NCBI GenBank assembly: GCA_964016885.1
Contig: OZ024760.1
Span: 124,001-188,000, forward strand
Length of the DNA stretch: 64,000 nt
Direction: 5' to 3'
Source: Eledone cirrhosa
Taxonomy: Eukaryota
In this document: positions 1 through 11,191 of the stretch, one piece after another
Position numbering within the stretch: the first letter of the stretch is position 1
Layout of the letters: every line of letters begins with the position of its first letter
Program-made: the position numbers and the translations under genes
The notes under the pieces: generated by a model
Databases searched by the model: none
Seen by the model: the letters and a program-made list of their open reading frames with translations, nothing else
Told to the model about the DNA's origin: nothing

Positions 1-20
1 CAATGCAGGGGATATTATTG

Positions 21-54
<34 letters not shown>

Positions 55-173
55 GTCTGATGGCCCTGTAAGCACACAGGCAAAACCTCAGAGTAATAGG
101 ACACTGACTAGGCCTTAGAAAATATTATTAATCTCTATTATGGTATTGAGTACACATTAAGTCAATACTAAAC

Positions 174-319
174 ATGTGTGTGTGTGTATATATATATATA
201 TGCGTGTGTGTGTGTGTATATATATATGTGTGTATATATATATATATATGTGTGTCCGTATATGTGTGTGTGTATATATGTGTGTGTGTGTGTGTATATA
301 TGTGTGTGTGTATATATGT

Positions 320-367
<48 letters not shown>

Positions 368-1565
368 ATGCGTGTGTGTGTATATATGTGTATGTGTGTG
401 TATATATATATATGTGTGTGTGTGTATATGCGTGTGTGTGTGTGTGTGTATATGTGTATGTGTGTATATATATATATATGTGTGTGTGTGTGTATATGCG
501 TGTGTGTGTGTATATATATATATAAAGTTTTTTTTGTTTTTACTCTCTTGTTTAGAGATGGTTGTTGTGAAAGTAGAAGTGATGGCAGTGGCTGAACTTG
601 TTGTTGTGTTTGTTGTTTGGTGCCAGGTTAAACTTGATGGAACAGGTGATCAAAGACATTCCAATGATGAGTATCTGGTTTTTCTAAGGGTATCCGGGAA
701 CATTTTCCTTGTTTTGAAAACAGTAGAAGGAATAAGGAAGTCGTTTGAAGGAGATTGCCTACTATTTTTAGCAGGCTTCTTTCTCCTTTGTTGGCTATGG
801 CTTGTAGGAGTGAACAGGAATAATTGTTAATCGCTGGTGATGGTTGCCATTGTTAAGTTTACTTTGTTTGTTTTTTGACTGGGTTGGCATGGGTGGGTTG
901 AGATGAAGGCTTAATGCAAATGTTAGCCAATTACACACCAAGAAGAAGGTGAAGGCTACACAATACATAGATTAATAAGCAATAATGCATGTATTTGTGT
1001 ATGTATATATACTCTTGTTTATACATATATACATATATATATGTGTGTATATGTATGTATCTATCAATATATATATATATATATATATGCACATGTGTGT
1101 GTGTATATGTATCTATCAATATATATATACATACATATATATATATATATATATACATATATTGATGCACATATATTTGTATATATATATATGTATCTAT
1201 CTATTAATATATATATATATATGGATATATGGATGTGTATATATATATATATATATATATATGTTATGCATGTATGTGTGTGTGTATGCATGAACAATTC
1301 GGTAAGTTTATAATCCTCACTAACATATATCCAGGTGCTATTGCTATACAACAACAACAACGGCCACAGCAACAACATTAACAGCAATAATGCTGATGAA
1401 TTTAAATGAAAATCTCTGAAAGAAACAAAGAATTTAAGCTGTTTATAATTGTACTCTGTATGTGTGCATGTATAAATCTGTGTGTGCATGTGTGTATATA
1501 TATGGATCTGTGTATGTGTGTTTGCATGTGTCTATATTTATGGATATCTGAGAATGTGTGTGTGT

Positions 1566-1600
<35 letters not shown>
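174..1600. repeat. (TA)n/(TG)n compound microsatellites (174-525, ~985-1290, ~1455-1600)
   Basis: Direct reading; these generate the YI/CV-repeat pseudo-ORFs. Confidence 0.95.
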
Positions 1601-1602
<2 letters not shown>

Positions 1603-1702
1603 GTGGGGGTGGATTAGAATTATGCATCGGTGTGTATGATGAGATTGTGTCTCGTTCTCTCTTCTCTTTGTGCACACAATTAGAGCGGTAATGTTGCTCA
1701 CT

Positions 1703-3954
1703 GTGGTGGTGGTAGCGGTGGTGGTGGCGGTGGTGGTGGTGGTGGTGGTGGTGGTGGTGGTGGTGGTGATGGTGGTGGTGGTGGTGGCGGTGGTGGTGGT
1801 GGTTGTGGTGGTGGTGGTGATGGTGGTGGTGGTGGCGGTGGTGGTGGTGGTGGTGGCAGTGGTGGTGGTGGTGGTGGTGGTAGCGGTGGTGGTGGTGGTG
1901 GTGGTGGTGGTGGTGGTGGTGGTGGTGGTGGTGGTGGTGGTGATGGTGGTGGTGGTGGTGGCGGTGGTGGTGGTGGTGGTGGTGGTGGTGATGGTGGTGG
2001 TGGTGGCGGTGGCGGTGGTGGTGGTGGTGGTGGTGGCAGTGGTGGTGGTGGTGGTGGTGGTGATGGTGGTGGTGGTAGCGGTGGTGGTGGTGGTGGTGGT
2101 GGTGGTGATGGTGGTGGTGGTGGTGGTGGTGGCGGTGGTGGTGGTGGTGGTGGCGGTGGTGGTGGTGGTGGTGGTGGTGGCGGTGGCGGTGGTGGCGGTG
2201 GTGGTGGTGGTGGTGGTGATGGTGGTGGTGGTGGCGGTGGTGGTGGTGGTGGTGGCGGTGGTGGTGGTGGTGGTGGTGGTGGTGGTGGTGGTGGTGATGG
2301 TGGTGGTGGTGGCGGTGGTGGTGGTGGTGGTGGCGGTGGCGGTGGTGGTGGCGGTGGCGGTGGCGGTGGTGGTGGTGGTGATGGTGGTGGAGGTGGCGGT
2401 GGTGGTGGTGGTGGCGGTGGCGGTGGTGGTGGTGGTGGTGATGATGGTTGTGGTGGTGGTGGTGGTGGTGGTGGTGGTGGTGGTGGTGGTGGTGTTGGTG
2501 GTGGTAACAGTGATGATGATGATGGTGTTGGTGATGATGGTTGTGGTGGTGGTGGTGGTGGTGGTGGTGGTGGTGGTGGTGGTGGTGGTAACAGCGATGA
2601 TGATGATGGTGTTGGTGATGATGGTAATGGTGATGATGGTTGTGGTGGTGGTGATGGTGGTGATGGTGGTGGTGGTGGTGGTGGTGGTGGAGACTGGTGG
2701 TGGTGGTAGTGGTGGTGGTGGAGACTGGTGGTAGTGGTGGTGGCAGTGGAGATTGGTGGTGGTGGTGGAGACTGGTGGTGGAGACTGATGGTGGTGGTAG
2801 TGGTGGTGGCAGTGGAGACTGGTGGTGGTGGAGACTGATGGTGGTGGTAGTGGTGGTGGTAGTGGTGGTGGTGGTGGTAGTGGAGACTGGTGGTGGTAGT
2901 GGAGACTGATGGTGGAGGTAGTGGTGGTAGTGGTGGTGGTAGTGGAGACTGGTGGTGGAGACTGGTGGTGGAGACTGGTGGTGGTGGTGGAGACTGATGG
3001 TGGTGGTGGTGGTGGAGACTGAGACTGGTGGTAGTGGTGGTGGCAGTGGAGACTGGTGGTGGTGGTTGTGGTGGTGGTGGAGACTGATGATGGTGGTAGT
3101 GGTGGTGGTAGTGGAGACTAGTGGTGGTGGAGACTGATGGTGGTGGTGGTGGTGGTGGAGACTGATGGTGGTGGTTATGGTGGTGGTAGTGGTGGTGGTG
3201 GTGGTGGAGACTGGTGGTAGTGGTGGTGGTAGTGGTGGTGGTAGTGGTGGTGGTAGTGGAGACTGATAGTGGAGGTAGTGGTGGTGGTAGTGGTGGTAGT
3301 GGAGACTGATGGTGGTGGTAGTGGTGGTGGTAGTGGTGGTGGTGGTGGTGGTAATGTCGATGATGATTGTGTCAACAATGATGAAGATAATGATGATGAT
3401 GATGACAATAATGGTGACGATGGCATTGATGTGTATTGATGATGCTGATGACGATCATGAATTGACTGATTGCATTTGTTGTTGTCGTCGTCATTGTTGT
3501 TGTTGTTTCTGTTGTTACTGTTCTTGTTGTTGTTATTGCTGTTGTTGTTGTTGTCATTTCTGTTGTTGTTGTTGTTGTCATTGCTATTGTTATTGCTGTT
3601 GTTGTTGTTGTCATTGCTGTTGTTGTTGTCATTGCTATTGTTATTGCTGTTGTTGTTGTTGTCATTGCTGTTGTTGTCATTGCTGTTGTTATTGCAATAA
3701 GTACACATTTGTATGTGTGTGTGTGGCTACTGATATGTGTGAGTATGTGTGTCTACAGATATGTGTATGTATGTATGTATGTATGTTTGTATGTATGTAT
3801 GTATGTATGTATGTATGTATGTATGTATGCATTCATGTATGCATGCATGTATGTATGTATGTATGTATGCATGTATGTATGTATGTATGTATGTATGCAT
3901 GTATGTATATATGTATGCATGCATGTATGTATGTATGTATGTATGTATGCATGT
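1703..3954. repeat. (GGT)n array grading into GGAGACT-interrupted units, then (GTT)n and (ATGT)n tracts
   Basis: Direct reading; source of the poly-Val/Gly/Cys pseudo-ORFs. Confidence 0.95.
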
Positions 3955-4562
3955 GTCAGGTCACCAGTTGGTGCTACTGGTAACATGTATCCCAGTACAA
4001 CCTGTCTCATGGTCGGGTCGTTGGCGACTAAACTGGCAACCCCACCAAGGTTTCTTGGTGAGGAGGGTGACTTTGGACATCCTGCAGGACTAAAAACAAA
4101 ACCTGTCAATGGGCAAAGGAGCTCTTAAGAGTCAATGGCCATCCAAAATCACCGGGAGAGATGACCCCTTAGCCTTTGTCAAGGCAGAATTCTCGGAGAA
4201 GGAAAACTCTGATATAACACCTGCAACCCTGATGGTATCCAATGATGTTGACTTGTTCTTCTTTTTGGTAAATATCATCTTGGTTAAGAGAGTGGGACTG
4301 GCTTTGTGCAATGCCTTTGCTCACTATAAAAGCTTCCTGGCACAGGCATTGCTTTATATCTGGAGATCTCTCTGCACTTGTCATCACATGGTACCATGGG
4401 CCCAGCACTGTGTGTCAATAATTGTCACAGGTGTAGTGTTTGTACCAGAGTTTTCAAGTCGCTGGCTGGACTAAAAAGTCACACTCGTTCAGCGCATCGG
4501 TAGGGGTTCTCCTACATGGATATAAAGTAGTGGCCGTACTCTAAAACGAGTTGGCAGCCACC
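3955..4562 (+). mobile_element. ~610-bp non-coding retroposon (probable non-autonomous RTE derivative), full copy in (ATGT)n
   Basis: Near-identical copy at 28097-28704. Ends GTACTCTAAAACGAGTTGGCAGCCACC(ATGT)n, a tail resembling that of the zinc-finger LINE fragment at 33855-34135. Confidence 0.8.
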
Positions 4563-4569
4563 ATGTATG

Positions 4570-6030
4570 TATGTATGTATAGCTACAGATGTATGTGTAG
4601 CTATTGATATATGTGTGTATGTATAACTACTGATATATGTGTGTATGTGTAGCTACTACTATGTGTGTATGTGTAGTACTGATGTGTGTGTATGTGTAGT
4701 ACTGATGTGTGTGTATGTGTAGCTACTGATGTGTGTGTATGTCTAGCTACTGATGTGTGTGTATGTCTAGCTACTGATGTGTGTGTATGTCTAGCTACTG
4801 ATGTGTGTGTATGTCTAGCTACTGATGTGTGTGTATGTGTAGCTACTGATGTGTGTGTATGTGTAGCTACTGATGTGTGTGTGTATGTGTAGCTACTGAT
4901 GTGTGTGTATGTGTAGCTACTGATGTGTGTGTGTATGTGTAGCTACTGATGTGTGTGTATGTGTAGTACTGATGTGTGTGTATGTGTGTCCACTGATATG
5001 TGTGTATGTCTAGCTACTGATGTGTGTGTATGTGTAGCTACTGATGTGTGTGTATGTGTAGCTACTGATGTGTGTGTGTGTCTAGCTACTGATATGTGTG
5101 TATGTGTAGTACTGATGTGTGTGTATGTGTAGCTACTGATGTGTGTGTATGTGTAGCTACTGATGTGTGTGTATGTGTAGCTACTGATGTGTGTGTATGT
5201 GTAGTACTGATGTGTGTGTGTATGTGTAGTACTGATGTGTGTGTATGTGTAGCTACTGATGTGTGTGTATGTGTAGATACTGATGTGTGTGTATGTGTAG
5301 ATACTGATGTGTGTGTATGTGTAGCTACTGATGTGTGTGTATGTGTAGCTACTGATGTGTGTGTGTATGTGTGTCCACTGATGTGTGTGTATGTGTAGCT
5401 ACTGATGTGTGTGTATGTGTAGCTACTGATGTGTGTGTGTGTGTGTGTATGTGTAGCTACTGATGTGTCTGTATGTCTAGCTACTTATGTGTGTGTGTAT
5501 GTCTAGCTACTGATGTGTGTGTATGTGTAGTACTGATGTGTGTGAATGTGTAGCTACTTATGTGTGTGTGTATGTCTAGCTACTGATGTGTGTGTATGTG
5601 TAGTACTGATGTGTGTGTATGTGTAGTACTGATGTGTGTGAATGTGTAGTACTGATGTGTGTGTATGTGTAGTACTGATGTGTGTGTGTATGTCTAGCTA
5701 CTGATGTGTGTGTATGTGTAGTACTGATGTGTGTGTATGTGTAGCTACTGATGTGTGCGTATGTGTAGCTACTGATGTGTGTGTGTATGTCTAGCTACTG
5801 ATGTGTGTGTATGTGTAGTACTGATGTGTGTGTATGTGTAGCTACTGATGTGTGTGTGTGTGTGTGTGTATGTGTAGCTACTGATGTGTGTGTGTATACT
5901 GATATGTGTGTATGCATGTGTGGCTACCTATATATGTGTAGCTACTGATATGTGTGTATGTATGTGTGGCTACCTGTGTGTGTGTGTAGCTACAGATATG
6001 TGTATGTGTGGCTACTGATATTTGTGTGAG
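4570..6030. repeat. ~22-bp minisatellite GTAGCTACTGATGTGTGTGTAT
   Basis: Dozens of tandem units with a variable (TG) count. Confidence 0.95.
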
Positions 6031-6207
6031 TTGAACCAGAAGTAACATGATTACAGGCAATTAAGTGTAAAACCTCAAAAACATTTCAAGGTAGAATCCA
6101 AGGTTTAACTACCACATTGTTTAACACACACAGAGAACTTACATATTACACATATATGTGTGTTCGTGAGAATAAACACACACACACACACACACATGCT
6201 TATATAT

Positions 6208-6265
6208 ATGAGGGTCGACTGGAAAGTTCAGAGGCTGGCTATAAACTTTCCAGCCAACTCTCATA
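6208..6265. mobile_element. Mariner-like MITE, internally deleted copy (longer copies 8454-8654 and 53729-53924)
   Basis: Terminal inverted repeats (TIRs) of the form GAGGGTCRRCTGRAAAGTTCA.../...TRAACTTTTCAGCYGACCCTTG in a TA context; internal homology between the 8454 and 53729 copies. Confidence 0.7.
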
Positions 6266-6282
6266 TATATATAAATATATAC

Positions 6283-6482
6283 AATGATATTAAATAAATG
6301 GAAACTATATTTATAAAACCATATTTATTCTATTATATACATTTCAAGGGTACCAAATAAATATAAATATTTAAAAAAAAATAAGACTCCAGTTGCATTT
6401 TCGATTTCATCTTTTTTTCTTTATACTTTCACTTGTGTAGGACACCTCGGTTATTTTTCATTTTGTAAAAAAAAACCTCAAA

Positions 6483-6488
<6 letters not shown>
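6283..6488 (-). mobile_element. pLTR (PLE pseudo-LTR) fragment of the Hydra-type family (3' half of the HHR) joined to a short repeat also found at 31638-31760
   Basis: AAATGGAAACTATATTTATAAAACCATA matches 35783ff and 47765ff. The minus strand reads GAAA-tgtata-TA-atagaata. Confidence 0.7.
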
Positions 6489-6519
<31 letters not shown>

Positions 6520-6520
<1 letters not shown>

Positions 6521-6711
6521 AAAATGTATGACCCCGACGGCAGAGCTCAAGCCGTTTCGAGGGCTATTTCTGGACAGAAATAGCCGTCGAAACGGCTTGA
6601 GCTCTGCCGTCGGGGGGTCATACATTTTCATATTAGCCACTCTACTACCCTAACTATTGAGTACTTTGGTGCGTTATGGTCCATCTGGTCCCTTACCACA
6701 ACTCTTTCGTT
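6520..6711 (+). mobile_element. GC-rich fold-back (6520-6629) plus tail inserted in (TA)n; probable pLTR fragment with an inverted partial copy
   Basis: ~52-bp near-perfect arms. The tail shares TATTGAGTAC with the elements at 57-170 and 10715-10869. Confidence 0.55.
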
Positions 6712-6944
6712 ATATATATATATGTAAAGTTATATCTGTATGAATACAAAGTTTGTAACTGAGACTGCACCAACAACTGTCTAAATATCTAATATATTTT
6801 TTACCGCCCATTGAATCAGTTGATTTTTACCTGGGAATGAATCTAAAAGAGACTTGTGTCCTATCCAGGGAGTGTTTCATTTCCCATGTTCTTAATACAA
6901 TGGAAACATAACTTATCACTAGACCTTTCAAGCATGTTGGAAGT

Positions 6945-7310
6945 TTAACCTGTTGACTGCCGCACATATTTTACACAACTACAGTTGCTGTGCTGGGTTT
7001 TGTTTTCAGTAAAAGGACTATTTTGATTGACAAACCTCATATCAATAAACTAGTAACCCCATCTAGCTTTGAAGTTATGAACTGTTGGAAACGAGTTTAT
7101 AACTTTGAAGTTATGAACTGTTGGAGACATGTTAGGACGAGTTATCTCATCTACGGCACTGAAGAGGTTAATCAACTTGCCTTTCTCTCTAAAATTGTAG
7201 GCCTTTGTGTTTACATTAGAAAACATTATCTATAAGAGAAGAGACACTGTCCTCTGGGCATTTTTCTCCTAACCTTTGAGTTATTTCATCTACGGCACAG
7301 AAGAGGTTAA
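6945..7310. mobile_element. TTAA-flanked piggyBac-like MITE with a duplicated right end
   Basis: TTAA-CCTGTTGACTGCCG ... CGGCACTGAAGAGG-TTAA (7171), with a second right end at 7280-7310. Homologue at 32455-32846. Confidence 0.65.
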
Positions 7311-8453
7311 GAATCATTAATAATTATAATTTGTCAGTTTGTATTTTGTAGCTTAAATGACGGTAGTCTTTTATCCTATCGGATTAGTCAGAGTTCATTG
7401 ACTATCAAAACAAAAATGTTTAATGTTATCACTTGTAATAAAATTGGTGAACCATGAAAAGTGATAGGATGATGGTATTTCACAGAATAGGATTACATAA
7501 TGCTCACTTAGAGGAAATCAATCACCAGGAAATGTGTTTCTGCACATGCAATATTTATAACTGTATTTGCATCTGGTGGATAATATTAGCAATTGGAAAG
7601 ACCAATGGAAACATTGTTTTAATTTGATGAGCTCCACCCACTCATTAAGTGAATGAGGTCTGGGATCTTGTCAATCAGCTGTTATATATTATATATATAT
7701 TAAAAAAAAAAATAACTCATAAAACATACACACATATATATAATATTCATGTATATCATCATCATCATCGTTTAACATTTATCTTCCATGCTAGCATGGG
7801 TTAAACAAGGAATTGGCCCACTTGAGGCAAGATTGATTGGGTGACTGTGTCTCACTCATATAGGACTAGATTTGACAGGTTTTCTACGGTTGGATGCCCT
7901 TCCTAACACCAACCACATTTACAGTGTGGACAGGGTGTCTTTTTACCATGTCTCCTACATGACCACTTTACAGCATGGATTGGGTGCTTTTTTGTCATGA
8001 CACCTACACAACCTCTTCAGTTTGGACTGGATGTTCTGTGGTACCAACATAACTTTACAGAGAAAGGGTGGTGTTTGTGGGAGTGGGAGGATATATATAT
8101 ATATATATATATGTGTAAAATATATATATATACATATATATAATATATATCTAATATATATGTGTGTGTAATATATATATATACATATGTATGTAAATAA
8201 GACCTTCATTGCTCCAATCAGTCTACTAACCCTCAGCAAATACCCTAAATACCCTAAATTGGATGCCAACCTGTATACATGGCTCCTGCCAAAATAATTG
8301 CTGGCCTTGTGCCAAAAGTAGAAACAATTATTATTGCTAATATCAGTAGAGTGTCGGACAACATGACTTTGTATTTGAATTTCAATGTTTGCAAATTTCA
8401 AATTCAAAGATTTATTTACGTTCAGCTATAACTGCTAAAACTATTATATATAC

Positions 8454-8654
8454 ATGAGGGTCAGCTGAAAATTTCATATGCTGACCAAGATAGTCTCATG
8501 GAATGACCAAATGAGGTTTATTTTTCAACATTGTCCCTAGAAAGAAACAATGCAGTTCTTAATAAGAAGAGTTGAAATTAATGCATGCAAGATTTCACAG
8601 CTCTAGCATTACTCCTTCATAGTTGGCCTATGAACTTTTTAGCTGACCCTTGTA
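8454..8654. mobile_element. Mariner-like MITE
   Basis: TIRs GAGGGTCAGCTGAAAATTTCATA / TATGAACTTTTTAGCTGACCCTTG; inverted homologue at 53729-53924. Confidence 0.7.
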
Positions 8655-9206
8655 GTTTCTAATTTGGACAGTAAATGATGTTAGCTTCCATTTAGCATAG
8701 TGGCTAACATGCTTAGCCAGAATTCAAGAAATACAGAGTTTGATATTTCTATATCTCCCCATGTTTGTGTAGGCTAAAACTTTCATGTGATGCTGAGTTG
8801 CGATTTAAGGAAGCTACAGGACATAGCTTTGGGCGTATATCAGGTGGTAAGCCAGGATATGCCCGAAAGGTAATTCAGCTTCATGCTTAGCCTTATCAGA
8901 GGCTAAATGGTATGAACATGCCTCAGTAGTGCTTGCGAATGACAGCCTAATTAGTCTGGGTTTGCACTTTTTGGAGGAACACAGTCTAGGTCCTTGGACG
9001 AGTTTCCAACAAATGCCTGAAGATCAGTTATGTTTTCAGATACATCAATAGCAATTAATTTATGGGTGGCAGATTCAGTCATTTTCTCGACGCATCTAGA
9101 CATGGCAAGAGCCACGGGCAGATTTCTAAGCAAAGCACTCCGGTAAGATCCCTCATTATGAGGTTCTATATGAATGCTTGTTTTAATTGGCCAGTGACAC
9201 ATGCTG

Positions 9207-9470
9207 CAACAACCACCACTCCTTGTAGGGCTTCTTCCTCAACAACCACCACTCCTTGTAGGGCTTCTTCCTCAACAACCACCACTCCTTGTAGGGCTTC
9301 TTCCTCAACAACCACCACTCCTTGTAGGGCTTCTTCCTCAACAACCACCACTCCTTGTAGGGCTTCTTCCTCAACAACCACCACTCCTTGTAGGGCTTCT
9401 TCCTCAACAACCACCACTCCTTGTAGGGCTTCTTCCTCAACAACCACCACTCCTTGTAGGGCTTCTTCCT
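9207..9470. repeat. 33-bp perfect tandem repeat x8
   Basis: Unit CAACAACCACCACTCCTTGTAGGGCTTCTTCCT; all copies are identical. Confidence 0.97.
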
Positions 9471-9566
9471 CAGACATTCACATTACTAATATAATTCTAA
9501 ATTAATTTCAACTAAATCAGCATCTTAATCATATCCATCTATAGTTTGAAAAATGGAATGCTTAAG

Positions 9567-9644
9567 TTAGGGTTGGGGTTAGGGTTAGGGTTAGGGTTGG
9601 GGTTAGGGTTAGGGTTAGGGTTAGGGTTGGGGTTAGGGTTAGGG
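9567..9644 (+). repeat. Interstitial telomeric repeat, 13 hexamers
   Basis: 10 x TTAGGG and 3 x TTGGGG. Confidence 0.95.
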
Positions 9645-10096
9645 AATCCCACGAAGGAAGACTAATTTTTTTTAAAGAAAACTCCATGGGAGGGGGGAAG
9701 TCCGAGAGTCCTCCCTCTTTACTCCGGTTTTCCAGGGAAAAAAATCATTTGCAACATAGTCGGCGATGAGATTAATTAATAGCTCATGAAGAAACCGAGG
9801 TAAAATAATTGTAACATAAATTGGTTGAGTAATGAATAAAACAGCTTGTGGCATTGGGTTACCTTTAAGAGTTCAAAAGTAATAAAAAAAGTAGGAAAAT
9901 CAATTAACGAAAAGAAAGAAAGATATTTTAGCCTACCTGCCATCCAGGATAATACAAGGGTGGTTTCCTTGCTGGTATGAGGACCATAATTAAGTGTTGG
10001 ATAACAACAAACACTAACAATGGTCTTGTGTGTGTATATTGTTAAATATACATACACATAGGTATATGTGTATATATATGTATGTGTATGTGTGTG

Positions 10097-10129
<33 letters not shown>

Positions 10130-10369
10130 AGAGGAGTGGGGGTTAGGGGTTGAGGTAAATTTTCTTATATGGGTCGGGGGTCAGGGCGGGGTTGTGTTAT
10201 TAGTTTTTGGTCTTCGTCCGTGTTACATAAATATCTGCAGCAGACATCTAGAGAGAGAACAGAGAACATATATATATATATAGCATGACAAAGTATAGCA
10301 TCATCCATTATAGAAGTGCAGGTGTCCATGCTGTGCCCAGTTGTGATTCTTGCATGTTTATGGTACATC

Positions 10370-10453
10370 AGTGCAGTGCAGTGCAGTGTAGTGCAGTGCA
10401 GTGTAGTGCAATGCAGTGTAGTGAAATGCAGTGTAGTGCAATGCAGTGCAGTG
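10370..10453. repeat. (GTGCA/GTGTA)n pentanucleotide repeat
   Basis: Direct reading. Confidence 0.9.
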
Positions 10454-10877
10454 GTGATATTACTAGGGAAAGAAGTTAGACCTGTCATCCACTCCTTTCT
10501 ATTATTTTCTCCTTTTCAAATTATTTCTGTCCACTGTCTTTCTCTAGCCTGCAGTTACTTTACCCAGTCTATTCAACTATTATCTATAGTTATCTGCATT
10601 TTAGCAACTATATTTTTAAATTTCAAATAATTTCCCAATGATTTGTAACCTAGTGCAGTCTTATACACATGCACATGCATCCACACACATGTGTATGCAT
10701 ATATATATATATATTCCTATGTGGTTGATGTCTGAGAGCAGAAAGTACTCAATACTGGTTTTGAGTTTTAGTATTCCTTTTATTAAGGCTAAATAGTGAG
10801 TCTTGTCACTCTGGCGTTTTACCTATGAAACTCCAGAGTAACAAGACTTACTATTAAGCCTTAATAAAATGAATATA

Positions 10878-11191
10878 TCATCATCATCATCATCATTTTA
10901 CGTCCGCTTTTCCCTGCTTGCAAGGGTGGGACGGGAACTGATTCTGGCTTGATTTCTACAGCTGGATGCCCTTCCTAACACCAACCTCATTTACAGTGAG
11001 TGCTGGGTGCTTTTTTGCCGTGGCACCTCCACGACCACTTTGCAGTGGAATGATATGGACCCCAGTCTCTATCATCTCATTTCTACAGCTGAGTAAACTG
11101 GAGCAATGTGAAATAAAGTGTCTTGCTCAAGGAAACAACACATCACCCAGTCTGAGAATTGAACTCACAACCTTTCGATTGCAAAGCCAAT
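10878..11191 (-). mobile_element. tRNA-derived CORE-type SINE with RTE-related tail (5' end clipped)
   Basis: Minus strand has a B box GAGTTCAATTC and a CORE-like CCTTGAGCAAGACACTT...CAGTTTACTCAGCTGTAGAAATGAG, ending in a (TGA)n tail. Confidence 0.85.

Noticed and set aside
545-830. Possible minus-strand GIY-YIG C-terminal relic
   Set aside because: Only a vague resemblance across broken frames.
174-3983. Long ORFs (YI/CV repeats, poly-Val, poly-Cys)
   Set aside because: Translations of microsatellites; no domain content.
3955-4075. HDV-like or twister ribozyme at the 5' end of the 610-bp retroposon
   Set aside because: Hairpins and a CTAA-ACTGG segment are present, but I could not build the required nested pseudoknot order.
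9207-9470. CRISPR-like array
   Set aside because: Head-to-tail identical units with no spacers; eukaryotic context.
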